Program-made: the position numbers and the translations under genes | The notes under the pieces: model-generated | What the model was told of the DNA's origin: nothing | What the model saw: only the letters and a program-made list of their open reading frames with translations | Databases searched by the model: none | Assembly (NCBI GenBank): GCA_021846125.1 | Contig: JAJZCK010000001.1 | Location: forward strand, 1-52,251 | Direction: 5' to 3' | DNA length: 52,251 nucleotides | Source: Actinomycetes bacterium | GTDB taxonomy: Bacteria; Actinomycetota; Acidimicrobiia; Acidimicrobiales; Bog-793 | Shown here: positions 26,844 through 37,070 of the stretch, piece after piece | Numbering within the stretch: position 1 is the stretch's first letter | Layout of the letters: each line of letters opens with the position of its first letter

Positions 26844-27752
26844 CTAGTGCGGCGGCTCTGCCGGCTGCCTCGCCCGGCCATCCCCCGCGCGTGGCGCGAG
26901 CCCGAGGGCGGCCGCTACTTCGAGCGTTGCGGCGAACTGGTTCATCGTGTAGAAGTGCAATCCCGGCGCTCCGCTCGCAAGCAGCTCCTCGCACAGCTGC
27001 GTCGCGATCTCTACGCCGGCACGCTGGACGGCTGACGGGTCGTCGCCGGCCGCCGAGATGCGCCGAGCGAGCCACGTCGGCACGTGATGGCCGGACAGCG
27101 CCGCCATGCGCTCGAGCGTGCGTGGGCTCGTGACCGGCATGACGCCGGGGACGACCGGCTTGTCGATCCCGAGATCGGAGAGCTCGTCGACGAGACGCAG
27201 GTAGTCCTCGGCTCCGTAGACGAACTGCGTGATGGCGAAGTCCGCCACGCGGAGCTTCTCCGCGAGGTGCCGGCGGTCTGTGACCAGGTCAGGAGCCTCG
27301 GGGTGTCCGAGCGGGTGCGCGGCGACCGCGACGCAGAACGGCCCGACCGAGCGCGCCAGGTCGACGAGATCGATCGCGTGCGCGAGCTCGCCCCGCGTGG
27401 CGGCGTCCGGCGCGTCGAGAGGCGGGTCACCGCGGAGCGCGAGGATGTTCTCGACACCTGCGTTCCGGTAGCGGCGGAGGATCTCGACGAGCTCCACCCG
27501 GCTGTGCGAGGCGCAGGTGAGGTGCGCCATCGCTGTCGTGTGACGATCGTGCTCGAGCTCGACGACGAGCTCGTGGGTGCGTGCCCGAGTCGAGCCGGCC
27601 GCTCCGTAGGTGATGGACGCGAAAGCAGGCTGGAGCTCCACGAGGCGGTCGAGCGACGCCTCAAGCCGTCGGGCAGCCTGCTCGGTGCGGGGCGGCCAAA
27701 GCTCCACCGAGACGCGCGGTGGCCCCGACAAGAGGTCGCAGATCCGCGTCAC
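26844..27752 (-). CDS. metF: 5,10-methylenetetrahydrofolate reductase
   Basis: VSVELWPPRT..., ASITYGAGGSTR-like SITYGAAGSTR, ILALRGDPP, QFVY, and HFYTMN. Confidence 0.88.
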   Translation of the reverse strand: MTRICDLLSGPPRVSVELWPPRTEQAARRLEASLDRLVELQPAFASITYGAAGSTRARTHELVVELEHDRHTTAMAHLTCASHSRVELVEILRRYRNAGVENILALRGDPPLDAPDAATRGELAHAIDLVDLARSVGPFCVAVAAHPLGHPEAPDLVTDRRHLAEKLRVADFAITQFVYGAEDYLRLVDELSDLGIDKPVVPGVMPVTSPRTLERMAALSGHHVPTWLARRISAAGDDPSAVQRAGVEIATQLCEELLASGAPGLHFYTMNQFAATLEVAAALGLAPRAGDGRARQPAEPPH

Positions 27753-27795
27753 AGGACCGTCCCCGAGGTTGCGGCGCGACCTCGCCGGTGCTCGA

Positions 27796-28695
27796 TCACG
27801 CGCCGGTGCGCTCGGCGCGGCGCCGCGCGGCGGCCACGGCGTTGCGCAGGAGCATCGCCCGCGTCATCGGACCGACGCCGCCGATCCTGGGGGTGACGAA
27901 GCCGGCCACCTCGGAGACGTCGTCGGCGAGGTCGGAGAGCAGCTTGCGACCCTCCCACGACACGCCTGCTCCCACGACAGCCGCACCAGGCTTGATCATC
28001 GACGCGGTCACGAGCCCGGCAACGCCCGCGGCAGCGACGACGACGTCGCCTTCGCGCACGTAGCTCGCCAGGTCCGCGACGCCAGTGTGCACGACGGTGA
28101 CCGCCGCGTTGCAGCCCGGGCGGCGGAGCGCGAGGAGGAGCGCGAGCGGTCGCCCTATCGTGAGCCCCCGACCGACGACGACGGCATGGCGTCCCTCGAC
28201 GACGACCCCGTGGGCGGCGAGGAGCTCGACGATCCCCGCCGGAGTGCAGGGAAGCGGACCAGCAGCACCCATCACGAGCCGGCCGAGGTTGACGGGATGG
28301 AGCCCGTCGACGTCCTTGTCAGGGTCGACGGCGAGCAGCACGGCTTCCTCGTCGAGATGCGCGGGCAAGGGCAGTTGCACGAGGTACGCGTCGACCGCGG
28401 GATCCTCGTTGAAGCGCCGGACGACGGCTCCGAGCTCGGCCAGGGAGACCGATGCCGCCAGATGCTCGTGGACCGAGCGCACGCCCACCTCTGCGCAGTC
28501 CTCGTGCTTCATCGCGACGTAGCGCGCGCTCGCCGGATCGTCCCCCACGAGGATCGTCCCGAGCCCCGGCGTCACGCCACGGGCGCTAAGAGCTGCCACC
28601 TCGGCGCGTAGCTCGACGCGGATCCGGGACGCCAGCGCAGCGCCGTCGAGCAGCGCCGCACCCGCCGTCGCGCGCTTGTCGGCTCCCGATCCCAC
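27796..28695 (-). CDS. folD: Bifunctional methylenetetrahydrofolate dehydrogenase/methenyl-THF cyclohydrolase
   Basis: PGLGTILVGDDPASARYV..MK, VQLPLP, CTPAGIVELL, VVVGRGLTIGRPLALLL, and GGVGPMT. Confidence 0.92.
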   Translation of the reverse strand: MGSGADKRATAGAALLDGAALASRIRVELRAEVAALSARGVTPGLGTILVGDDPASARYVAMKHEDCAEVGVRSVHEHLAASVSLAELGAVVRRFNEDPAVDAYLVQLPLPAHLDEEAVLLAVDPDKDVDGLHPVNLGRLVMGAAGPLPCTPAGIVELLAAHGVVVEGRHAVVVGRGLTIGRPLALLLALRRPGCNAAVTVVHTGVADLASYVREGDVVVAAAGVAGLVTASMIKPGAAVVGAGVSWEGRKLLSDLADDVSEVAGFVTPRIGGVGPMTRAMLLRNAVAAARRRAERTGA

Positions 28696-28714
28696 AGTGG
28701 CGGCCCCAGACCCG

Positions 28715-30247
28715 TCAGTGGCGGAAATGACGCTCTCCCGTCATGACCATCGCGATGTTGCGCTCGTCGGCCGCCGCGACGACCTCGTCGTCGCGGAGAG
28801 ACCCTCCTGGCTGGACGACTACGGTCACCCCGGCGTCGGCGACCGCGTCGAGACCGTCGCGGAACGGGAAGAAGGCGTCGCTCGCGGCCACCCCGCCCAC
28901 GCCGCGACGGTCCGCCTTGCGGGCGGCGATCGCCGCGGCGTCGACCCGGCTCTGCTGTCCGCAGCCGACGCCGACGACCTGGCCGTCACGAGCGAGGACG
29001 ATCGCGTTCGACGACGTGCGCGCGCAAGTGCGCCACGCGAGCTCGACGTCAGCCCACTGGCTGTCGAGCGGCTGGACCCGGGTGGCGATGCGCCACGCGG
29101 AGCGCCCCGCCACGAAGGCGTCCGGCTCCTGGACGAGATAGCCGCCACCGAGCTGGCGAACGACGAGCCCGCTGCCACTTGGAGACGGAGCAGTGAGGAC
29201 ACGCATGTTCTTACGCTTGCGCGCGAACAGCTCGAGCGCCTCGGTCGACACCTCCGGTGCGACGAGCACGTCGGCGAGCGCGTTGGCGACGACCTGCTCG
29301 GCGAGCGCGCCGTCGACGGGGCCGGAGAGTGCCACCACGCCACCGAAGGCAGCAAGCGGGTCACCCTCAAAGGCCTTCGCGTAGGCCGTGGCCAGGTCAC
29401 CGGTTACCGCGGCACCACAGGGATTGGCGTGCTTGACGATGACCGCAGCAGCTCTCGTTCCACCGGGGCCGACCAGCTCGTGGACGAGCGTCCAGGCTGC
29501 GTCGGCGTCGAAGAGGTTGAGATACGAGAGCTCGCGCCCGCCGTGCTGCACGACGGCGTCGAGCCATAGTGGGCTTCCACCAAGGCGGCGGTAGCGAGCA
29601 CCGTGCTGGTGCGGGTTCTCCCCGTAGCGAAGCGTCTCGCAACGCTCGAGGGCGAGGTGCACGGTCGGTGGGAGCACTTCGGCAGGCGCACCCCACGGCC
29701 CGCCCTCGTCCAACCAGGTGACGATCGCCGCGTCGTAGGCAGCAGTGTGCGCGAACGCGGCGCGCGCTAGCCGGCGGCGCGTCGTCGTCCCGACACTCCC
29801 CTCGCGGCGCAGCTCGTCGAGGACCACGCCGTAGTCGGCTGGGTCGACGACGACCGCGACGTGCTCGTGGTTCTTCGCAGCGGCGCGCACCATCGTCGGC
29901 CCGCCGACGTCGATCATCTCGACCGACGGATCGTCGGTGAACGGGTAGAGGTTGCAGGCGACGAGGTCGACGAGGTCGATGCCCTGGGCAGCGAGCGCGG
30001 CGAGATGGTCGGGCCGCGAGCGGTCTGCGAGGATCCCTCCGTGGATCGCCGGGTGGAGGGTCTTGACCCTGCCACCGAGCATCTCGGGCGCGCCCGTGAC
30101 GTCGACGACCTCCCGGTGCGCGATACCCGCGTCGGCGAGGGCGCGCGAGGTCCCGCCGCTCGAGACGATCTCGACGCCGAGGTCCGCGAGGCCCCCCGCG
30201 AACGCGACGAGACCCGTCTTGTCGTACACCGAGATCACTGCCCTCAC
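28715..30247 (-). CDS. purH: Bifunctional AICAR formyltransferase / IMP cyclohydrolase
   Basis: RAVISVYDKTGLVAFA..., SSGGTS, VKTLHP.IHGGIL, and C-terminal VVQPGGSLRDDEVVAAADE..IAMVMTGERHFRH. The start is trimmed to the GTG at 30247, in a GTGA overlap with the purN stop. The track ORF runs to 30823. Confidence 0.93.
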   Translation of the reverse strand: MRAVISVYDKTGLVAFAGGLADLGVEIVSSGGTSRALADAGIAHREVVDVTGAPEMLGGRVKTLHPAIHGGILADRSRPDHLAALAAQGIDLVDLVACNLYPFTDDPSVEMIDVGGPTMVRAAAKNHEHVAVVVDPADYGVVLDELRREGSVGTTTRRRLARAAFAHTAAYDAAIVTWLDEGGPWGAPAEVLPPTVHLALERCETLRYGENPHQHGARYRRLGGSPLWLDAVVQHGGRELSYLNLFDADAAWTLVHELVGPGGTRAAAVIVKHANPCGAAVTGDLATAYAKAFEGDPLAAFGGVVALSGPVDGALAEQVVANALADVLVAPEVSTEALELFARKRKNMRVLTAPSPSGSGLVVRQLGGGYLVQEPDAFVAGRSAWRIATRVQPLDSQWADVELAWRTCARTSSNAIVLARDGQVVGVGCGQQSRVDAAAIAARKADRRGVGGVAASDAFFPFRDGLDAVADAGVTVVVQPGGSLRDDEVVAAADERNIAMVMTGERHFRH

Positions 30248-30948
30248 TGCTGCTCCCCGTTTCTCGTCTCGAGACTCCCTGTCGGCGGATGTGTCGCCCT
30301 CAGACCTCCAGTGCGCATATCCGGTGCGCCGACGACCGTCGCGTCCGGCTGGGCGCTCGGCTCCCGGAGCCCGTCGACAAACGAGCGGACAGTGGCCGGG
30401 TAGAGCCGGCGCTCGACCTGCTTGATCCGCTCGTGGAGGGAGTGAGCGTCGTCGCCTTCGAGCACGGGGACCGCTTCCTGAGCGAGGATCGGCCCGTCGT
30501 CGACCTCCAAGGTGGCGAGGTGGACGGTGCACCCCGTCACCTTCACCCCAGCAGCGAGCGCTGCCTCGACGGCATGCCAGCCCTTGAACGCCGGCAGCAG
30601 GGCAGGGTGAGTGTTGAGGACTCGAGAAGGGAACGCCTCGTGGAGGGCCGCGCCGAGCACCGTCCCGAAACCCGCCATCGCGACGACGTCCGCGCCGCTC
30701 GCGGCCAGTGCCGCGACCACCTGGCTCGTGAACGCGTCTCGGTCGAAGCTCTCGCCGAAGTCCCGCCTCTCGAGGACGACGGCTGGGACACCTGAACGCT
30801 CCGCCACCTTCTCCGCTCGGCATCGTCGGTCGACAACCACGACGACGATCGGCAGGTCGGCGTCGAGCAGCGCCTCGAGGATCGTGCCCGTCCCGGACGC
30901 GAGCACCCCGATCCTCACCGTGCGCACGCTACCCGCGACCGCACGCAC
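30244..30948 (-). CDS. purN: Phosphoribosylglycinamide formyltransferase
   Basis: RIGVLASGTGTILEAL, MAGF, VLNTHPALLP.FKG, and GCTVHLATLEVDDGPIL. The start is uncertain; GTG candidates lie near 30927 and 30918. Confidence 0.88.
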   Translation of the reverse strand: MRAVAGSVRTVRIGVLASGTGTILEALLDADLPIVVVVVDRRCRAEKVAERSGVPAVVLERRDFGESFDRDAFTSQVVAALAASGADVVAMAGFGTVLGAALHEAFPSRVLNTHPALLPAFKGWHAVEAALAAGVKVTGCTVHLATLEVDDGPILAQEAVPVLEGDDAHSLHERIKQVERRLYPATVRSFVDGLREPSAQPDATVVGAPDMRTGGLRATHPPTGSLETRNGEQQ

Positions 30949-30969
30949 GAGGCGTGGCCCAAGACGGTC

Positions 30970-31860
30970 TCACGTCAGCTCCCGCACGATCTCGACCATC
31001 GCCTCGGCCGCCTCCGTGGGGTTGCGCGCGACGGTCACGCCGGCTCGCGACAGCGCCACCATCTTCGCCGCGGCGGTGCCCTTGGAGCCGGAGATGATGG
31101 CACCCGCGTGACCCATCTTGCGACCCGGGGGGGCCGTGACGCCGGCGATGTACGCGACGACCGGCTTGGTCATCTCCGCCGCCACGAACTCCGCGGCTTC
31201 TTCCTCCGCGTTGCCACCGATCTCACCGATGAGGATGACCGCCTTGGTCGCCGGGTCGGCTTCGAAGGCTGCGAGGCAGTCCACGAAGCTCGTGCCGGGC
31301 ACCGGGTCGCCACCGATCCCCACTCCCGTCGTCTGACCGATACCCTTCTCGGTCAACTCGTAGAGTGCCTGGTAGAAGACCGTCCCAGACCGGCTGACGA
31401 GCCCGACCGGACCGCCCGCCAGCGCGATGTCGCCGGATGTGATACCGATGTTGCAGGCGCCCGCGCTGATGATCCCGGGGCAGTTCGGACCCAACAGTCG
31501 GCTCCCCGGGAAGTACCGGCGAAGCGTCGCGAACACGCGCGCCTCGTCCTGGGCGGGCGTGAACTCGGTGATGCAGACGATGAACGGCACGCCCGCCTCG
31601 GCGGCCTCGAGGATCGCGGACGGCGCCGCCGTCGGTGGGACGGCGATGAACGAGGCGTCCGCACCTGTCTCCGCGACCGCCTCGGCGACGCTCGCGAAGA
31701 CGGGGATCCCCTCGACGACCTCGCCGCCACGCTTCGGGTTCGTCCCGGCGACGACCTGCGTTCCATACGCGCGATTGCGGAGCGCGTGGTACAACCCCTG
31801 ACTCGTCGGGCTCAACCCCTGCACGACGACCTTCGTGTTGGCGTCGACGAAGATGCTCAT
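30970..31860 (-). CDS. sucD: Succinyl-CoA synthetase alpha subunit
   Basis: VAGTNPKRGG, GPNCPGII, SRSGT, GIGGDP, and MGHAGAI (phosphohistidine). Confidence 0.93.
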   Translation of the reverse strand: MSIFVDANTKVVVQGLSPTSQGLYHALRNRAYGTQVVAGTNPKRGGEVVEGIPVFASVAEAVAETGADASFIAVPPTAAPSAILEAAEAGVPFIVCITEFTPAQDEARVFATLRRYFPGSRLLGPNCPGIISAGACNIGITSGDIALAGGPVGLVSRSGTVFYQALYELTEKGIGQTTGVGIGGDPVPGTSFVDCLAAFEADPATKAVILIGEIGGNAEEEAAEFVAAEMTKPVVAYIAGVTAPPGRKMGHAGAIISGSKGTAAAKMVALSRAGVTVARNPTEAAEAMVEIVRELT

Positions 31861-33008
31861 CGCGGCGATCCTCCGGCGAGCTCGGTAGCCGCGCGGGCGG
31901 CCTCGATCATTGTGGGCAGCGAGACGAGTCGCTCCGACTCGTGGGCAGCGAGGATGGCGCGTCCCTCCACGGCGTTGGTCCCGTCGATCCGGACGACGAT
32001 GGGAGCGTGGATCTCCACGCGGCCGAGAGCCTGGACGATGCCGTTCGCGACCTCCTCGCCCCGCGTGATCCCGCCGAAGATGTTGACGAATATCGACCGG
32101 ACCTTCTCGTCGGTGCTGATGACCTCGAGGGCGTTCGCCATCACCTCGGCGCTGGCCCCCCCACCGATGTCGAGGAAGTTCGCCGGCTCGCCACCCACCT
32201 GCTCGACGACGTCACAGGTGCTCATGGCAAGACCGGCACCGTTCGCGATGATCCCGACGTAGCCGTCGAGCCCCACGTACTGCAGGCCCTTCTCGCGCGC
32301 GAGCCGCTCCCGCTGGTCGAGCTCGTCGAGGTTGGCCCACTCGGCCCACTCCGGGTGACGGAACCCCGCGGAGTCGTCGAGCGTCACCTTGGCGTCGAGC
32401 GCGAGGACCGTACCCGACGCGGTCACCACGAGCGGGTTGACCTCGACGAGGTCCGCGTCTCCTTCGACGAAGCATCGGTAGAGGCTCGCGAGGACGTCGG
32501 CGACACCTTGACGCTCGCTCTCCTCGATCCCCGCCTCGCCAGCCAGCGCGAGCCCGTCAGCCTCGGAGAAGCCGTCAAGCGGGTCGACGTGGCGCCGCGC
32601 GATCGCTCCGGGGTCCTCCTCCGCCACCTGCTCGATCTCGACACCACCCTTCGTCGAAAGCATGCAGAGGTGGAGCTTCGCGGAACGATCGAGCGTGAAG
32701 CTCGCGTAGTACTCCTTGGCAATATGGGCAGCTCGCTCGAGCCAGAGGCGGCGGACCACGTGGCCCTTGATGTCGAGGCCGAGGATAGACCGAGCGTTCG
32801 CCTCCGCCTCGGCGCGATCTGCCGCAAGCTTCACGCCACCGGCCTTGCCGCGCCCGCCCACCTGGACCTGGGCCTTGACGGCGACCGGGAAGCCGAGCCG
32901 TTCCGCCGCAGCGACGGCGTCGTCGACGGTATCGGCGACCTCGCCCGGCGAGACCGGAACCCCAAACCGGGCGATGTACTGCTTGCCTTGGTACTCGTAG
33001 AGATCCAC
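31857..33008 (-). CDS. sucC: Succinyl-CoA synthetase beta subunit
   Basis: With the GTG start at 33008 the protein begins M-DLYEYQGKQYIARFGVP. ATP-grasp motifs KAQVQVGGRGKAGGVK, NGAGLAMSTCD and NIFGGITR. ATGA overlap with sucD. The track ORF is extended to 34040. Confidence 0.92.
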   Translation of the reverse strand: MDLYEYQGKQYIARFGVPVSPGEVADTVDDAVAAAERLGFPVAVKAQVQVGGRGKAGGVKLAADRAEAEANARSILGLDIKGHVVRRLWLERAAHIAKEYYASFTLDRSAKLHLCMLSTKGGVEIEQVAEEDPGAIARRHVDPLDGFSEADGLALAGEAGIEESERQGVADVLASLYRCFVEGDADLVEVNPLVVTASGTVLALDAKVTLDDSAGFRHPEWAEWANLDELDQRERLAREKGLQYVGLDGYVGIIANGAGLAMSTCDVVEQVGGEPANFLDIGGGASAEVMANALEVISTDEKVRSIFVNIFGGITRGEEVANGIVQALGRVEIHAPIVVRIDGTNAVEGRAILAAHESERLVSLPTMIEAARAATELAGGSPR

Positions 33009-33148
33009 CGCGAGCGGCCTCCTCGTCGCCGTCCGTTGCGCCCGACCGGTCGGACCTGCGAGCGCGGCCCAGTCGGGTCCACGCGCTGCAACGCAGCGAC
33101 CGATACTAGGCAGTCGACCGCCGTGGCACCCAATCGTGCGGGAAGCCC

Positions 33149-35389
33149 TCAGGCCCGCTTGACGGGAGTGAGCGCGAGAAGGAACTGCTTGCGACCGTGG
33201 CGGTCGAACGCGATCGTCGCCTCGGCTTTCTCCCCTTCGCCGCGGACCTCGACGACGACGCCCTCGCCCCAGCGGGCATGGACGACGCGGTCGCCAGGCC
33301 CGAGCCCGAGGAGCTCGGCGCCCGTCGTGGCGACGGGCGACACCCGACCGGAGCCAGGCGCCGGGCTCGACGCACGGCCGAGCCCGGGACGGCCCGGGAC
33401 TCCGGGCGCGCGAGATGCCGGCGCGGCATAGCCGGCGGAGAGCACGCCGGAGACATCTTCGAGCAGCTCCTCGGGGATCTCCTTCACGAATCGGCTCACG
33501 AGGCTGTCTCGGGTCGTCCCGAAGATCGTCCGGGCGTAGGTGCTCGTCAGGTAGAGACGCTCGCGTGCACGGGTGATGCCGACGTAGGCGAGCCGCCGCT
33601 CCTCTTCGAGGTCGTCGGGGTCCGCGAGCGCCCGCTCGTGCGGGAAGATCCCCTCCTCCATGCCGGAGAGGAAGACTGCCCGGAACTCGAGACCCTTCGC
33701 CGCGTGCAGCGTCATCAACGTGACACGCCCACTTTCGGCATCGAGGTCGTCCGTGACTGCGACGAGCGCCGTCGTGGCTAGGAACGTCTCGAGGTCCTCG
33801 AAGTGCGCGGCAACGGTAGCGAGCTCCTCGAGGTTGCCGATGCGCGCCTCGACCTCGTGGGCGGCGCCGCCGAGAGCTGCAACCTCGGACTCGAGCTCGG
33901 CGAGGTAGCCAGTCTCCGCGAGAACTGCCTCGACGACATCGCCGGGACGTCGATCGGCGAGAATGGCGAGGCGATCCCGGAGATCGAGGAACGAGGCGAT
34001 CCCGCGGAGCGCCTTGCCCGTCACACCCGCATCGGCGCACCGCTCGAGCGCCGTCGCGAAGCCGCTGCCCTGCGACCGCGCGAAGGCTGACAGGCGGTCG
34101 ACGGTCGTGGCGCCGATCCCACGCCGCGGGACGTTGAGCACTCGTCGCAACGACACCTCGTCGGTAGGGTTCGCGACGAGCCGCACGAACGCGATGACGT
34201 CTCGCACCTCGCGCCGGTCGTAGAAGCGGGTGCCGCCGACCACCTTGTACGCGATCCCTCGGGCGACGAGAGCCTCCTCGATCGCCCTGCTCTGCGCGTT
34301 GGTCCTGTAGAACACGGCGACGTCGGCGAGAGCGATGCCCTGCTCTCGTCGGAGCGTGACGATCTCCTCGGCGACGAATGTCGCCTCGTCACGCTCGTCA
34401 CCTGCTCGGTAGCGCCGGATCTTCTCTCCCGGACCGAGGGCGCTCCAAAGGGCCTTGTCCTGGCGGAGCACGTTGTTGCCGATGACGGCATTCGCCGCGT
34501 CGAGAATGTGCTGGGTAGACCGGTAGTTCTGATCGAGGACGATGGTACGAGCCTCGGGGAACGCACGTGCGAAGTCGAGGAGGTTCCTCACCTCGGCACC
34601 CCGAAAGCGGTAGATGCTCTGGTCGGAGTCGCCGACGACGCATACGTTGCGGTGGAGCCCACCGATCATCGTCACGAGCTCGTTCTGCGCCCGGTTCGTG
34701 TCCTGGTACTCGTCGACAAGGAGGTGGACGAAGCGCTCCCGGTAGTATCCGAGCACCTCCGGGTCGTCCCGCAGCAGGCGCACGGCGACGCCCAGCAGAT
34801 CGTCGAAGTCGAGCGCGTTCGCCACCCGGAGACGACGCTCGTACTCCACGAAGACGTCTGCGATCCGGCGCTCGTAGACAGTCGCTGCCCGCTCCGCGAA
34901 GCCACTCGCCTCGAGCAGCTCCGACTTGGCCTGGCTGATCGCGCCGAGCACGGCGCGCGCGGGGAAGCGCTTAGCGTCGAGACCAAGCTCCGCGAGCGCC
35001 AGCTCGACGAGGCGACGGGAGTCGCCGTCGTCGTAGATCGAGAAGCCGGGGCGGTAGCCCGCTCGCTCTGGGTCGCGTCGTAGTATCCGGACGCACGCGG
35101 CGTGGAAGGTGGAGATCCACATCCGGTTCGCGTCCTCGCCGACGAGCTCGGCGACTCGCCTGCGCATCTCGTCGGCGGCCTTGTTCGTGAACGTGATCGC
35201 GAGGATGCGCCACGGGGGCACCCCGGACGCGAGGAGCGCGGCGATGCGTCGCGTGAGCACGCGTGTCTTGCCCGAGCCGGCTCCAGCGACGACCACGAGC
35301 GGTCCCGAGACGTGCTCGACCGCTGCGCGCTGAGCTGCGTTGAGCCCGACGAGCAGCGACTCCGGCGGACCACCGGGTGTCACGGCCAC
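33149..35389 (-). CDS. pcrA: ATP-dependent DNA helicase PcrA/UvrD (SF1A)
   Basis: LNAAQRAAV, Walker A AGAGSGKT, ITFTNKAA, LLVDEYQDTN, VGDSDQSIYRFRGA, LDQNYRS, TLHAAKGLEF, and AYVGITRA. Confidence 0.9.
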   Translation of the reverse strand: MAVTPGGPPESLLVGLNAAQRAAVEHVSGPLVVVAGAGSGKTRVLTRRIAALLASGVPPWRILAITFTNKAADEMRRRVAELVGEDANRMWISTFHAACVRILRRDPERAGYRPGFSIYDDGDSRRLVELALAELGLDAKRFPARAVLGAISQAKSELLEASGFAERAATVYERRIADVFVEYERRLRVANALDFDDLLGVAVRLLRDDPEVLGYYRERFVHLLVDEYQDTNRAQNELVTMIGGLHRNVCVVGDSDQSIYRFRGAEVRNLLDFARAFPEARTIVLDQNYRSTQHILDAANAVIGNNVLRQDKALWSALGPGEKIRRYRAGDERDEATFVAEEIVTLRREQGIALADVAVFYRTNAQSRAIEEALVARGIAYKVVGGTRFYDRREVRDVIAFVRLVANPTDEVSLRRVLNVPRRGIGATTVDRLSAFARSQGSGFATALERCADAGVTGKALRGIASFLDLRDRLAILADRRPGDVVEAVLAETGYLAELESEVAALGGAAHEVEARIGNLEELATVAAHFEDLETFLATTALVAVTDDLDAESGRVTLMTLHAAKGLEFRAVFLSGMEEGIFPHERALADPDDLEEERRLAYVGITRARERLYLTSTYARTIFGTTRDSLVSRFVKEIPEELLEDVSGVLSAGYAAPASRAPGVPGRPGLGRASSPAPGSGRVSPVATTGAELLGLGPGDRVVHARWGEGVVVEVRGEGEKAEATIAFDRHGRKQFLLALTPVKRA

Positions 35390-35411
35390 TCGGGCACCGC
35401 CCCTCCTTCCG

Positions 35412-37070
35412 TCACTCCCACTCGATGGTGCCTGGTGGCTTCGACGTCACGTCGTAGGCGACGCGGTTGACGCCCGGCACTTCGCCGATGATGCGCGCCG
35501 ACAACCGCTCGAGGAGGTCGTAGGGAAGCCGCGCCCAGTCAGCTGTCATCGCGTCCTCGCTGGTCACCGCGCGTACGACGATCGGATACGCGTACGTCCT
35601 CTCGTCGCCCATCACGCCGACCGAGCGGACGGCCGGGAGGACGGCGAACGCCTGCCAGAGCTCACGGTCGAGCCCCGCCCGGCGCACCTCGTCGAGCACG
35701 ATCGCGTCGGCGGTCCGGAGGATGTCGACGCGCTCGCGGGTGACCTCGCCGACGATACGCACGGCGAGCCCAGGACCGGGGAACGGCTGCCGCCAGACGA
35801 TCTCCTCGGGAAGCCCGAGCTCCTCGCCGACCGCGCGCACCTCGTCCTTGAAGAGCAGCCGCAGCGGCTCGACGAGATCGAGGTCCATCTCCTCGGGCAG
35901 GCCACCGACGTTGTGGTGCGACTTGATCGTCGCCGCGTCACCGGTGCCGGACTCGATGACGTCCGGGTACAACGTGCCCTGTGCGAGGTGTGTGACACCC
36001 GAGAGCCCGGACGCGACCTCCTCGAACAGGCGTATGAAGAGCTCGCCGATCCGCTTGCGCTTGAGCTCGGGGTCGAGAACGCCCTCGAGGGCCGAGAAGA
36101 AGCGGTCGGCGGCCTCGACGTGGACGAGGTCGATCCCGAACTGTCTGCGGAAGGTCTGCTCGACCTGTGCGGCCTCGCCGGCCCGCATCAGGCCGGTGTC
36201 GACGAACACACAAGTGAGCTGCTCCCCGACCGCCTTCCGGACGAGGGCGGCGGCGACCGCCGAGTCGACGCCGCCCGACAGTGCACACAGGACCCGCCCA
36301 TCGCCGACCTGTCGGCGGACGGCTGCGACGGCGGCCTCGATGACGGAGGTGTGCGTCCAGGTTGGCCGGCAGCCACAGGCGTCGTAGAGGAAGCGCTTGA
36401 CGAGGTCCTGACCCCGAAGGGTATGGGCGACCTCGGGATGGAACTGGACCCCGAAGAGACCTCGAGCGGCGTCCTCGAGGCCGGCAACGGGCGCTCCCTG
36501 CGTCGACGCAGTCACAGTGAACCCCGGCGGTGCTGCGACGATCGAATCTCCGTGGCTCATCCAGACCTCCGAGCGCTCCGACCAGCCGGCCGTCAGCCGC
36601 GACGGCGCGAGGATCGAGAGCGGCGTCCTGCCGTACTCACCACCGCCCGTACGCGCTACCTCGCCTCCGAGCTCCATCGCGAGCAGCTGGGCGCCGTAGC
36701 AGATCCCGAGGACCGGGACGCCGGTGCCGAAGAGCGCCGGATCAGGACGGGGCGCACGCTCCGCGTAGACCGATTTCGGACCACCTGACAGCACGATCCC
36801 CTTCGGCCGTCTCTCGAGCATCTCCTCCACTGGCATCGAGAACGGGACGATCTCGGAGTAGACGTGAGCCTCGCGGATGCGCCGGGCGATGAGCTGCGCG
36901 TACTGTGCGCCGAAGTCGACGACGAGGACCGTGTCGAACTGGCCGGAGTCGAGCTGGCCGGAGTCGAGCTGGCCGGAGTCGAGCTGGCCGGAGTCGAGCT
37001 GGCCGGAGTCGAGCTGGCCGGTGTCAAGGTGCCGGGTGCCTGTCTCGCCGGGGCGGGGGGGTGTGGCCAC
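35412..37070 (-). CDS. guaA: GMP synthase (glutamine-hydrolysing) with an unusual repeat-bearing N-terminal extension
   Basis: GATase [34 protein letters not shown]-PPase [12 protein letters not shown]-terminal PPGTIEWE. I see no ATG, GTG or TTG between the repeat and the conserved core, so the only usable start is the ATG at 37070. Confidence 0.9.
   Translation of the reverse strand: MATPPRPGETGTRHLDTGQLDSGQLDSGQLDSGQLDSGQLDSGQFDTVLVVDFGAQYAQLIARRIREAHVYSEIVPFSMPVEEMLERRPKGIVLSGGPKSVYAERAPRPDPALFGTGVPVLGICYGAQLLAMELGGEVARTGGGEYGRTPLSILAPSRLTAGWSERSEVWMSHGDSIVAAPPGFTVTASTQGAPVAGLEDAARGLFGVQFHPEVAHTLRGQDLVKRFLYDACGCRPTWTHTSVIEAAVAAVRRQVGDGRVLCALSGGVDSAVAAALVRKAVGEQLTCVFVDTGLMRAGEAAQVEQTFRRQFGIDLVHVEAADRFFSALEGVLDPELKRKRIGELFIRLFEEVASGLSGVTHLAQGTLYPDVIESGTGDAATIKSHHNVGGLPEEMDLDLVEPLRLLFKDEVRAVGEELGLPEEIVWRQPFPGPGLAVRIVGEVTRERVDILRTADAIVLDEVRRAGLDRELWQAFAVLPAVRSVGVMGDERTYAYPIVVRAVTSEDAMTADWARLPYDLLERLSARIIGEVPGVNRVAYDVTSKPPGTIEWE
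36939..37028. repeat. 15-bp minisatellite (CTGGCCGGAGTCGAG x5 perfect plus a degenerate sixth copy), in frame in the guaA 5' end
   Basis: Units at 36939, 36954, 36969, 36984 and 36999, then CTGGCCGGTGTCAAG. The minus-strand translation is LDTGQ(LDSGQ)5FDT. Confidence 0.95.

Noticed and set aside
26844-33148. A ZTP (pfl), THF or other riboswitch controlling the sucCD-purNH-folD-metF run.
   Set aside because: Intergenic gaps inside the run are 0-43 nt, too short for an aptamer. In the only sizeable upstream gap (33009-33148) I could not recognise the conserved ZTP or THF core motifs by eye. A covariance-model scan would be the decisive test.
36939-37028. Tandem repeats (here and at 6791, 40823, 46309, 52033) as possible CRISPR arrays.
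   Set aside because: The units are 7-15 bp and directly abutting, with no unique spacers. There is no leader and there are no cas genes in the window. They are micro- or minisatellites, not CRISPR.
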